Below, one piece after another: positions 10,812-19,188 of a stretch of DNA of 48,154 bases. The position numbers and the translations under genes are program-made. The first letter of the stretch is position 1. Each line of letters opens with the position of its first letter. Origin of the DNA: an uncultured Spirochaetaceae bacterium (lineage in GTDB: Bacteria > Spirochaetota > Spirochaetia > CADAEX01); assembly GCA_902787125.1 (NCBI GenBank), contig CADAEX010000003.1, positions 1-48,154 of the forward strand, in the 5' to 3' direction. Below the pieces are notes generated by a model. The model was given only the letters and a program-made list of their open reading frames with translations. It was not told the DNA's origin and made no database searches.

Positions 10812-12110
10812 ATGGATCTTAAAGAAAAATCATTGAAATATCACTGTTTTCCAATCGCAGGAAAAATAGAGGTCATGCCTTCAAAACCATGCAAGACACA
10901 GGATGACCTTTCCTGTGCCTACACACCGGGGGTCGCTTTCCCATGCCTTGAGATCAAGGCGGACCAGAGCCTGGTATCCACCTATACCAGAAGAAAGAAC
11001 CTTGTAGGTGTAATCACCAACGGTACTGCTGTTCTGGGACTTGGAAATATAGGCCCTTATGCGGGAAAACCGGTTATGGAAGGAAAAGGTGTCCTGTTCA
11101 AAAGGTTTGCAGATGTGGATGTGTTTGACCTTGAGCTGGACTGTGCCGACCCTAAGGCCTTCATTGATGCTGTAAAACTTATGGGACCAACCTTCGGGGG
11201 AATCAACCTTGAGGATATCAAGGCTCCGGAATGCTTTGAGATTGAGGACAGCCTCAAGGCTGTCATGGATATCCCTGTATTCCACGATGACCAGCATGGT
11301 ACTGCCATAATAACAGGGGCGGCTCTCCTGAATGCACTGGAGATCATCGGTAAGAAGATAGACCAGATCAAGGTTGTCATAAACGGAGCCGGTGCTGCCG
11401 GCATTGCCTGCGGCAAGTTCTATATTGCCCTGGGTGTAAGGAAAGAGAACATAATCATGTGCGACACAAAGGGAATCATCTACAAGGGCCGTACAGCAGG
11501 CATGAACAAATACAAAGAGTTCTTTGCAACCCCCGCAGAAGGCGGTACTCTGGCAGATGCCCTCAAAGGGGCAGATGTGTTCCTGGGTCTTTCCGGTAAA
11601 GGACTTGTGACCGGTGAGATGCTGAAGACTATGAATGCAGACCCGATTGTCTTTGCCCTTGCCAACCCTGATCCGGAGATAACATATCCTGAGGCAACTG
11701 CTGCCAGGGCCGATGTGATCATGGCTACTGGACGCTCCGATTATCCCAACCAGGTGAACAATGTCATGGGCTTCCCCTTTATATTCCGCGGAGCACTGGA
11801 TGTAGAGGCTTCTGCCATAAACGAGGAGATGAAAGTTGCAGCTTCCCATGCCCTGGCAGACCTTGCAAAGCTTCCTGTGCCTGAGGAGGTGCTTAAGGCA
11901 TACAATGCCAAGAGCCTGGAATTCGGCAGAGACTACATTATCCCTAAGCCGTTTGACCCAAGAGCCTTTGTCCAGGTTTCTGCAGCCGTAGCCGAAGCTG
12001 CTGTAAAAAGCGGAGTAGCTGGAGCTCCATACTCCTCCAAAGAGGCTTATATAAAGGCCTTGGAAGAGAGAATGGCCACATCTATAAGCCGATTCAAGGA
12101 GTCAAAATGA
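10812..12110 (+). CDS. NAD(P)-dependent malic enzyme (short form, no PTA domain)
   Basis: 432 aa. It contains [54 protein letters not shown] and NGAGAAGIA. Confidence 0.9.
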   Translation: MDLKEKSLKYHCFPIAGKIEVMPSKPCKTQDDLSCAYTPGVAFPCLEIKADQSLVSTYTRRKNLVGVITNGTAVLGLGNIGPYAGKPVMEGKGVLFKRFADVDVFDLELDCADPKAFIDAVKLMGPTFGGINLEDIKAPECFEIEDSLKAVMDIPVFHDDQHGTAIITGAALLNALEIIGKKIDQIKVVINGAGAAGIACGKFYIALGVRKENIIMCDTKGIIYKGRTAGMNKYKEFFATPAEGGTLADALKGADVFLGLSGKGLVTGEMLKTMNADPIVFALANPDPEITYPEATAARADVIMATGRSDYPNQVNNVMGFPFIFRGALDVEASAINEEMKVAASHALADLAKLPVPEEVLKAYNAKSLEFGRDYIIPKPFDPRAFVQVSAAVAEAAVKSGVAGAPYSSKEAYIKALEERMATSISRFKESK

Positions 12111-13270
12111 GAAAGATTCTTCTCTTAGTTCTTATTCTGATTCTTCCATCTGCACTCTTCGCAGATAAGAAGACCGAGCAGTTTGCAGTGCTTATTGGCT
12201 CCAATAATCTGGCCAAGATTGAAGCTGCAATCAAAGATGGAGCCGACGTGAACGGCGGCAGCGGCGATAAAGCCAGAACACCTCTTATGATAGCAAGCCT
12301 GAATGACGACTCCCTTGAGGTGGTTAAACTCCTTTTAAAGCACGGTGCAAAGGTCAACGAGACCGACACCCATGGTGACACCGCATTGCTTCTTGCCTCT
12401 CAGAGCACCACAAATATTGATATTTTCAACACTCTTATCGAGGCAGGTGCTGATGTTAATGTGCGGAACAGAGACCAGACCACACCTCTCATGGCCGCTG
12501 CCGGCGGAAACTTCAAGTCTGCTGTGACAGAGACCCTCCTTAAGGCTGGTGCCAAGGTGGATGACAAAGACATGGACGGCAGGACGCCCCTTGTCTTTGC
12601 TGTAACATATAACGAGAACCCGAAGGTTACCGAAGCCCTTATCAAGAGCGGGGCAGACTGCAATTCCAAGAACAGGTACGGCCTGCCTGTGATCATGATG
12701 GCAGCCCAGTCCAACAAGAATGCTGATGTCCTCCGTGTCCTTATTGAAGGTGGTGCTGACTATAACTGTGAGATCCAGAACTTCAACCCTATGAGCTATG
12801 CGGCTATCTACAATCCGAATCCTGCAGTGATGGAGCTCCTTCATAAGAAAGGTCTTTCCATAACCGAATATAATGCCAATGGCGTCTCTCCATTCCTCTA
12901 TGCCTGCTTCTACAACTTCTCATCAGACATGATCCAGAAGTTCCTGGAGCTGGGTGCAGATCCTAAGCAGACCGATGTGAACGGAATCTCCGCCCTTATG
13001 TATGCATCCATGCACAACGGAAACCCGGAGATCATCCATATCTTGGTCAAAGCTGGTGCTGATGTGAATGCCAAGGAGAAGAACGGCGGTCTTACACCTC
13101 TTATGCTGGCAGCCCTTCAGAGCGAGCATTCCTCTGTAATCAAGGCTCTCCTGGAGGAAGGGGCAGACATAAATATCAAGTCTGATGCAGGTATGACAGC
13201 CTATGAATATGCGGTCAAGAACGAAAGTCCTATCTCCAAGCTTGATATAGTTCAGGAACTGGAACCGTAA
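12107..13270 (+). CDS. ankyrin-repeat protein with an N-terminal signal peptide
   Basis: 387 aa. The signal peptide is [19 protein letters not shown]. About 10 ANK repeats follow (recurring G.D.N......TPLM.A...). There is an ATGA overlap with the malic enzyme gene. Confidence 0.85.
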   Translation: MRKILLLVLILILPSALFADKKTEQFAVLIGSNNLAKIEAAIKDGADVNGGSGDKARTPLMIASLNDDSLEVVKLLLKHGAKVNETDTHGDTALLLASQSTTNIDIFNTLIEAGADVNVRNRDQTTPLMAAAGGNFKSAVTETLLKAGAKVDDKDMDGRTPLVFAVTYNENPKVTEALIKSGADCNSKNRYGLPVIMMAAQSNKNADVLRVLIEGGADYNCEIQNFNPMSYAAIYNPNPAVMELLHKKGLSITEYNANGVSPFLYACFYNFSSDMIQKFLELGADPKQTDVNGISALMYASMHNGNPEIIHILVKAGADVNAKEKNGGLTPLMLAALQSEHSSVIKALLEEGADINIKSDAGMTAYEYAVKNESPISKLDIVQELEP

Positions 13271-13297
13271 ATATTTTATATATAAGTAAAATATTTG

Positions 13298-13327
13298 TTG
13301 ACAATTTATCCCTCTGTCCTTTATCAT
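13298..13327 (+). promoter_or_regulatory. sigma70-like promoter for the EF-G paralogue
   Basis: TTGACA (13298-13303), a 17/18-nt spacer, then TTATCAT (13321-13327). An AGGAGGA RBS lies 7 nt before ATG 13356. Confidence 0.55.
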
Positions 13328-13355
13328 ATATAAAGCCCAACAGGAGGATTTTTTT

Positions 13356-15440
13356 ATGGGATTTACTACTGAACAAATTAAAAACACAGCTATCACTGGG
13401 CATACAGGCACAGGAAAGACTACTCTTCTTGAGCATATTCTTTTTGCAAATGGTGCAATTCCAAAGGCTGAGACTGTAGAGAGTGGAAAGACAGTCAGTG
13501 ACTATACCGAAGAGGAGATCGACAAGAAGATTTCCTTCCATTCCACACTTTCATTTATTGAGAAAAACGGCAAGAAGCTTAATTTTATAGATACTCCGGG
13601 TGCATCCGACTTCGTAGGAGAGGTAATCCTTGGACTCCGGGCCTGCGAGACCGGCATGCTGGTTGTAGGTGCAGACGCCGGTGCTCAGATTGAGACAATC
13701 AAACTGTGGCGCCGTATGGACGGACGTAACATCCCACGGTTCATCTTCATCAACAAGATGGACAAGGACAGAGCTTCCTTCTCAGCAGCTATGGAAGACC
13801 TTAAGAAGAAATTCCATAAAACTTTTGTTCCTGTAGTCATTCCTATGGGCGATGCAAAGGATTTCAAAGGTGTCATCGACCTGCTGAATGAAAAGGCATA
13901 TATGGTTCCAGCCGGCGGCGGAAAAGAGGTTGCAACAGATATTCCTGCTGATATGGCAGATCTGGTTGCTCAGTATAAAGAAGCAATGATCGAGGGTGCT
14001 GCAGAAGGCGACGACGAGATCATGGAAAAGTACCTGGAAAGCGGTGAGCTCAGTCCAGAGGATGTTAAGAAGGCTCTTATCGAAGGTCTCCATGACAATA
14101 AGCTGGCTCCTGTTCTCTGCGGTTCCGGTCTTGCAGGTTCCGGTATCGAGGCACTTGTTAATTTCATCTCTGAGATTTCTCCGTCTCCACTTGGATTCAA
14201 CGATGTCCTCCTGGATGAGGAAGGAAAACAGACACTGGTTCCTATCACACCAGATGGCGATGTCAAGGTATTCACATTCAAGACAAATATTGACCAGTTC
14301 TCCGGTAAGCTCTCATTCTGGAAATGTATCACCGGTAAAGTCACAGCTGATATGGAGCTTATGAACTCCAGAGAGGGAAAGAAGGAGAAAGTCACCAAGC
14401 TGTATACAGCAGTTGGAAAGAAACTGATTGACCTTAACGAGCTTGTTGCAGGTGATATCGGTATCGCATCCAAGATGCCTCTTACTCTGACAAACGACAC
14501 AATGTTCACAGGCGAGCTTAAGGACACATTCATCAAGCTGCGTCTGCCGACACCTACATACGAAGTTTCTGTATCTGCCAACGACAAGAAGAATGAGGAC
14601 AAGCTGGCACAGTTCATGCAGAAGGCTTCCACCGAGGATAATACATTCCGTATCTCCTACAACAAGGAGACAGCTGAGACAATTGTTTCCGGAATGGGCG
14701 AGCTCCAGGTCAACATGATCCTGGACAAGATCCAGAACAACCAGAAGATTGGCATCACCACCAAGATTCCACAGGTTGCATACCGTGAGACAGTTACCAA
14801 GAAAGCTTCCGGCAGCTTCAGACATAAGAAGCAGTCCGGTGGTCATGGCCAGTTTGCAGAGGTTCATTTCGAGATCCAGCCTATCGAGAGAGGCGAGTAT
14901 CTCAGATTCATCAACACCATCAAGGGTGGTGCAGTTTCCAAGGGTTATATCCCTGGAATTGAAAAGGGAATTGCGGAAGGAATGCAGGAAGGTGTTCTTG
15001 CAGGATATCCGGTTGTAGATATAGAAGTAAACCTGTTCGATGGAAAAGAGCATCCTGTCGACTCTTCAGAAATGGCATTCAAGCTTGCAGCCAAGGGCTG
15101 TCTTAAGGATGTCATTGAAAAGGCTTCACCTGTTCTCCTGGAGCCTATCATGAAACTCACAGTATTTGTCGACGATCAGTATCTGGGTGATGTTCTTTCT
15201 GACCTTAGTTCCAAGCGTGGTAGAGTGCTTGGTCAGGACAGCATTGGTGGTGGTATGCAGCAGGTAAATGCAGAAGTTCCGCAGTCTGAGCTTCTGAGAT
15301 ATGCTATTGACCTGCGCTCCCTCACTTCAGGAACCGGCTCCTTCGAGGTTGAATTCGATCACTACAGCCCGATAAACGGCAAGATTGCTGATGCTGTTAT
15401 TGCAGAGGCAAAGGCTAAGAGAGAGGCAGCTCAGGCTTAA
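13356..15440 (+). CDS. elongation factor G paralogue (EF-G2-like translational GTPase)
   Basis: 694 aa. G1 is GHTGTGKTTL, G3 is DTPG and G4 is NKMD. It has the full EF-G domain II-V architecture, including HKKQSGGHGQFA. The G1 motif is of the EF-G2 type rather than the canonical AHIDAGKTT. Confidence 0.88.
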   Translation: MGFTTEQIKNTAITGHTGTGKTTLLEHILFANGAIPKAETVESGKTVSDYTEEEIDKKISFHSTLSFIEKNGKKLNFIDTPGASDFVGEVILGLRACETGMLVVGADAGAQIETIKLWRRMDGRNIPRFIFINKMDKDRASFSAAMEDLKKKFHKTFVPVVIPMGDAKDFKGVIDLLNEKAYMVPAGGGKEVATDIPADMADLVAQYKEAMIEGAAEGDDEIMEKYLESGELSPEDVKKALIEGLHDNKLAPVLCGSGLAGSGIEALVNFISEISPSPLGFNDVLLDEEGKQTLVPITPDGDVKVFTFKTNIDQFSGKLSFWKCITGKVTADMELMNSREGKKEKVTKLYTAVGKKLIDLNELVAGDIGIASKMPLTLTNDTMFTGELKDTFIKLRLPTPTYEVSVSANDKKNEDKLAQFMQKASTEDNTFRISYNKETAETIVSGMGELQVNMILDKIQNNQKIGITTKIPQVAYRETVTKKASGSFRHKKQSGGHGQFAEVHFEIQPIERGEYLRFINTIKGGAVSKGYIPGIEKGIAEGMQEGVLAGYPVVDIEVNLFDGKEHPVDSSEMAFKLAAKGCLKDVIEKASPVLLEPIMKLTVFVDDQYLGDVLSDLSSKRGRVLGQDSIGGGMQQVNAEVPQSELLRYAIDLRSLTSGTGSFEVEFDHYSPINGKIADAVIAEAKAKREAAQA

Positions 15441-15490
15441 ATGTCCCCAAGCCGGCACAGCCGTTTTAAATCTCTTATGTTTCAATTCCG

Positions 15491-15516
15491 ACCCCGGCTT
15501 TTTGCCGGGGTTTTTA
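15491..15516 (+). terminator. rho-independent terminator after the EF-G paralogue
   Basis: Stem ACCCCGGC (15491-15498), loop TTTTT, stem GCCGGGGT (15504-15511), then a T run to 15515. Confidence 0.75.
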
Positions 15517-15532
15517 CTAGGGGAAACAACTT

Positions 15533-16294
15533 ATGAAAAAAATTGCTATCTATGGAAAAGGGGGTATAGGAAAATCCACTGTCACCTCCAATATATCTGC
15601 CGCTCTTGCAATAAGCGGCTATAAGGTCATGCAGATAGGATGCGACCCAAAGGCTGATTCCACAATAAATCTGATGCATGGAAAACAGCTTGAGCCTGTC
15701 CTTAACTACATGCGGGATCATGATTCCAACCCCAAGATTGAAGATATTATCCACACCGGTTTCGGCGGGGTGATGTGTATGGAGACAGGAGGCCCCACAC
15801 CTGGTCTGGGCTGTGCAGGAAGGGGAATAATAGCCACTTTCCAGCTTATGGATGAGCTTAATGTGTTCGATACCCTTAAGCCTGATGTTGTCCTCTACGA
15901 TGTCTTGGGCGATGTGGTATGCGGCGGTTTTGCCGCCCCTATCAGGGAAGGCTATGCCCAGGATATATATATTGTGACCTCCGGGGAGAAAATGTCTCTC
16001 TTTGCTGCCAACAATATACGTACTGCCGTAAAGAACTTTGAGGACAGGGGTTACGCCCGGGTGCGGGGAATTATTTTCAATTCCCGTGGCCTTAAGGGAG
16101 AGGATGAGAAAGTGCAGGCCTTTGCCGACAGCATAGGGGTTCCTGTCATAGGCCATCTTCCGAGGTCCCAGGAGATAATGGATTTTGAGGATAAGGGAAT
16201 GACTGTTGTGGAGGGAAACAGAGACCTTCCTATAAGCAGGGAGTTCCTTTCCATTGCAGATAAAATAATGAAGTGTAAGAGCGATGAAAGCTGA
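15533..16294 (+). CDS. nitrogenase iron protein-like ATPase (NifH/BchL/CfbC superfamily), reductase component of a nitrogenase-like enzyme
   Basis: 253 aa. P-loop GKGGIGKST (residues 8-16), switch I DPKADST (38-44), switch II DVLGDVVCGGF (123-133). The cluster cysteines are C94 (GLGCAGRG) and C130. An AGGGGA RBS lies upstream. Confidence 0.92.
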   Translation: MKKIAIYGKGGIGKSTVTSNISAALAISGYKVMQIGCDPKADSTINLMHGKQLEPVLNYMRDHDSNPKIEDIIHTGFGGVMCMETGGPTPGLGCAGRGIIATFQLMDELNVFDTLKPDVVLYDVLGDVVCGGFAAPIREGYAQDIYIVTSGEKMSLFAANNIRTAVKNFEDRGYARVRGIIFNSRGLKGEDEKVQAFADSIGVPVIGHLPRSQEIMDFEDKGMTVVEGNRDLPISREFLSIADKIMKCKSDES

Positions 16295-17594
16295 GTTCAG
16301 GACTATAGGACAACTGGCATCGGAAAAAAGAGAGAATAAATCGGTACCTGTATTCGGCGGCTGCTGGCTGCACTACAATGGGCCTGGAAGCTCCGGCTTC
16401 GGGGTAAAGCGGACAGCCATGCTGCTGCCCGAAAGTGCAATGCTCATGGTGGGTCCCATGGGGTGCAGCCGCTCAGGCACAGTGGTGGCAGAAAAGTATG
16501 GCTTTGCCCACCGTATGTTCTATCTTAACCTGGATGACAGGAGTATATCCCTGGGTACATATCTTAAGAGAATTCCGGAGGCAGTCCAGTATATAAAAGA
16601 CCTTGGACAGTTCAAGGCTGTCCTTATATGCATGACCTGTCTTGATGCTCTCCTGGGAACAGATCTGGCAGGGTTGGGCAGAAAAATAAGCGCTCAGGTG
16701 GGGATACCTGTGACCACCACCTTTATGGATCCTATTGTGAGGGATGGAAACTATGGCCCTATGGTGCAGGTCCGGCAGGCTATAACTGACTGTTTCGAGG
16801 CCCAGGGCAACAATACTGGAGGCGATACATCAGTAAACCTTCTTGGAACCTTTGCTCCCCTTGAGAAGGAGAGCGAGCTTCTTAACCTTCTTGGAAAAGC
16901 AGGTATAAAAGAGATAAAGACAGTCGCCGGGTGCAGCAGTTTTGATGAGCTGCAGAAAATGGGAGGTTCCCGGGCCAACATAATAGTGCATCCACAGGCT
17001 GCTGCCTGCGGTGCAGACCTGGAAAAACGCCTTGGAATGCCCTATATAAAGCTTTACACATCATATATACCAGACGTAATAGAAGAAAATTATAAAAAAC
17101 TTGCTGCTTTCCTTGATACTGATATCAGCTGCGGAAAAGAGAAGATAGCAGCAGAAGAAAGAATCAAGGAATTTGCACTGAAGCATAAGGGCAGGAGGAT
17201 TGCAGTAGGAGAGGCGGTCTGTGGTAATCCCTTCGACATAGCCCTTATGCTCATAGAGGCAGGAATAGAGGTCCCCTTTGTCTTCCGTGATATGATTCAC
17301 CCGGAGGACTGGGATCTTATTGCAGTTCTGAATAAAGCAGCACCAGGGCTCAAGGTCTTTTCCGGAGTTCATCCTTCCACTGCCGCATGTCCATCCACCT
17401 TGCCCCAGGCAGACCTTATGCTGGGCCTGGATGCAGGCTATTACAATCAGGAAGCAATAAGCGCTGCATGGCCTTTTGACAGGACATTCTACGGTTTTGA
17501 CGGCATAAATGGACTTCTTGAAGTCATGGATAACGCTTTCTCCAATCCTAAGGGGCACAGAGAGCAGATGAAAGGAACATATCTTACGGTGTAG
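16284..17594 (+). CDS. nitrogenase component-1-type oxidoreductase, NifD/NifE/BchN-like subunit
   Basis: 436 aa with an 11-nt overlap with the upstream gene. Cysteines: C27 (FGGCW), C61 (VGPMGC), C119 (MTCLDALLGTDL). The C-terminal YGFDG block resembles NifD HGFDG. The FeMo-co ligand positions are not conserved. Confidence 0.8.
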   Translation: MKAEFRTIGQLASEKRENKSVPVFGGCWLHYNGPGSSGFGVKRTAMLLPESAMLMVGPMGCSRSGTVVAEKYGFAHRMFYLNLDDRSISLGTYLKRIPEAVQYIKDLGQFKAVLICMTCLDALLGTDLAGLGRKISAQVGIPVTTTFMDPIVRDGNYGPMVQVRQAITDCFEAQGNNTGGDTSVNLLGTFAPLEKESELLNLLGKAGIKEIKTVAGCSSFDELQKMGGSRANIIVHPQAAACGADLEKRLGMPYIKLYTSYIPDVIEENYKKLAAFLDTDISCGKEKIAAEERIKEFALKHKGRRIAVGEAVCGNPFDIALMLIEAGIEVPFVFRDMIHPEDWDLIAVLNKAAPGLKVFSGVHPSTAACPSTLPQADLMLGLDAGYYNQEAISAAWPFDRTFYGFDGINGLLEVMDNAFSNPKGHREQMKGTYLTV

Positions 17595-17602
17595 GGGGGA
17601 GC

Positions 17603-18547
17603 ATGAAAGGATTCTTCAGATATTTGGCACCTTTTGCTCCGGACTATTCAGGGGCAGTATCCGCATTATATGCCGAAGGTGGTCTTGTAGTACTTTGCGA
17701 TCCAGGTGGGTGCTCAGGCAATGTGGCAGGTTATGATGAGCCCCGGTTCTATGGCGATAAAGCCTGTTTCTACAGTGCTGCCATAAGAGAGATGGACACT
17801 ATTTTCGGCAGGGATGACAAGCTGAAGAAAAAGATATGCGCCGCAGCCTCCTTTGGAGAATATAAGTTCGTGGCTCTGGTGGGCACTCCTGCAGTATCTG
17901 TGATCGGCACCGACCTTACCGCTGCCGCAAAAGCTGTGGAGAAGGAGACAGGTATACCTGCATTCAGCGTAAATACATCGGGGATGGAGAATTATTCCTT
18001 CGGCGAGGCTAAGGCAATTCTGGCCTTGGTAAAGAAATTCCTGCCTGAATATTCTGAGAAAATATCCATATTCGGGGCTACTCCCCTTAATAGGGCTTTT
18101 GATGATGATCTTGTCTCCATTGCTTCGGAATTATCTTCAGAAGAGACACTATGCTTCTCTCCGGGTGCTTTGGAGGCTTGCCGCCTTATCAAGGAAAAGT
18201 CCGGAATTCCGTACAGGCTCAGTTATCCTGAGAGCCCTTCCCTGTTAAAAGCTGCAGAGGAGGCCGGCAGTGCAAAACGGGTACTTATTGTGCATCAGCA
18301 GGGAGTAGGGAACACACTGCGTAATATAATAAGGCGGACTTCTGATGCTGATATCACTGTAGGCAGCTTCTTCCTGCAGGATGCTGAATTTGCAGAGAAA
18401 CAGGACCTTTTCTTCCAGGGAGAGGATGAGCTTATTGCCGCATCAAAAGAGGCTGATCTGATCTATGCAGACCCTATGTATAGAAGGGCATTGGCATCTG
18501 ACGCAAGGTTTGTTCCATTGGTTCACTGCGCTCTGTCTGGTTGCTAA
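17603..18547 (+). CDS. nitrogenase component-1-type oxidoreductase, short NifK/NifN/BchB-like subunit
   Basis: 314 aa. A GGGGGGAG RBS lies in the 8-nt gap. It contains LCDPGGC (C32, C37), REMDTIFGRDDKL (compare tE.d.VFGG) and GTPAVSVIGTDL (compare TC....IGDD, with Cys replaced by Pro). Confidence 0.72.
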   Translation: MKGFFRYLAPFAPDYSGAVSALYAEGGLVVLCDPGGCSGNVAGYDEPRFYGDKACFYSAAIREMDTIFGRDDKLKKKICAAASFGEYKFVALVGTPAVSVIGTDLTAAAKAVEKETGIPAFSVNTSGMENYSFGEAKAILALVKKFLPEYSEKISIFGATPLNRAFDDDLVSIASELSSEETLCFSPGALEACRLIKEKSGIPYRLSYPESPSLLKAAEEAGSAKRVLIVHQQGVGNTLRNIIRRTSDADITVGSFFLQDAEFAEKQDLFFQGEDELIAASKEADLIYADPMYRRALASDARFVPLVHCALSGC

Positions 18548-18569
18548 CCGGGACAATTTGTTGTAAGAT

Positions 18570-19010
18570 ATGTATATGGTTAAAAAAGAATCTGCTGCAA
18601 GAGAGCTTATGCTGTTCTATCCCCGCCTTTTCAAGGGGCTTTTTATAATGCTCCTCACTGCAGTTATGGGGATTGCTCTTGCTGCTGCAGTAGTCTATCC
18701 ACTCTGGAGCACAGCAGTTCATTCCAAAGTGGCCTACAACTGGTTCATCCTTATCTGTGTGGTCCTGGCTCTGACATTAATTCCTGCTGTACGGATCCGA
18801 AGCCTTAAGAGGGCAGGTGTAAGCACAGGAGAGATCATCAGACATCATATATTGCCAGTTCTTGTCCGGATAATCTATTTCTTCCTTCTGTTTATGACAG
18901 CTCTCCTTGCCTGGGTATTTTTTGCCAATAATTATATTCTGGGTGGAGTCATCTCAATTATTTTTATCCTGCTTATTACAGGAATTTTTAAAATATATTT
19001 GAAAAAATAA
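18570..19010 (+). CDS. small integral membrane protein (about 4 TM), hypothetical
   Basis: 146 aa with four hydrophobic segments. It lies 22 nt after the NifK-like gene and upstream of the shared terminator at 19104. There is no clear SD, so the start could be ATG 18570 or 18576. Confidence 0.55.
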   Translation: MYMVKKESAARELMLFYPRLFKGLFIMLLTAVMGIALAAAVVYPLWSTAVHSKVAYNWFILICVVLALTLIPAVRIRSLKRAGVSTGEIIRHHILPVLVRIIYFFLLFMTALLAWVFFANNYILGGVISIIFILLITGIFKIYLKK

Positions 19011-19103
19011 AAAAAATATTAATAAATTTTACTCATGTTCCGATAATAAAAGTGTCGAGGCAATATAGTTCCCCTCCCAGTTAACTATTTGCAATTCGAA
19101 TCC

Positions 19104-19134
19104 AGGCTGATTGAAAAATCAGCCTCTTTTTTTT
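19104..19134 (+). terminator. rho-independent terminator, probable end of the nitrogenase-like operon
   Basis: Stem AGGCTGATT (19104-19112), loop GAAA, stem AATCAGCCT (19117-19125), then C plus T8 (19127-19134). Confidence 0.8.
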
Positions 19135-19153
19135 CCCCACCTATATTAAACAG

Positions 19154-19182
19154 TTGTTTTTTATATAGTTTTTATATATAAT
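19154..19182 (+). promoter_or_regulatory. sigma70-like promoter immediately upstream of secA
   Basis: TTGTTT (19154-19159), a 17-nt spacer, then TATAAT (19177-19182). The secA ATG lies only 6 nt after the -10 box, and no SD is visible. Confidence 0.4.
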
Positions 19183-19188
19183 TTTAGT

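Noticed and set aside
15453-15467. CGGCACAGCCGTTTT, a possible sigma54 (-24/-12) promoter upstream of the nif-like genes.
   Set aside because: The -24 GG is present, but the -12 element reads TT instead of GC at the required spacing. The motif also lies upstream of a strong terminator, so it is too weak to call.
19091-19106. GCAATTCGAATCCAGG, a tRNA T-loop-like TTCGAATCC string that might mark a tRNA gene or an integration-site remnant.
   Set aside because: The flanking bases cannot form a T-stem (TGCAA versus CCAGG). No acceptor, D or anticodon arms are present. No integrase or other mobile-element gene is nearby.
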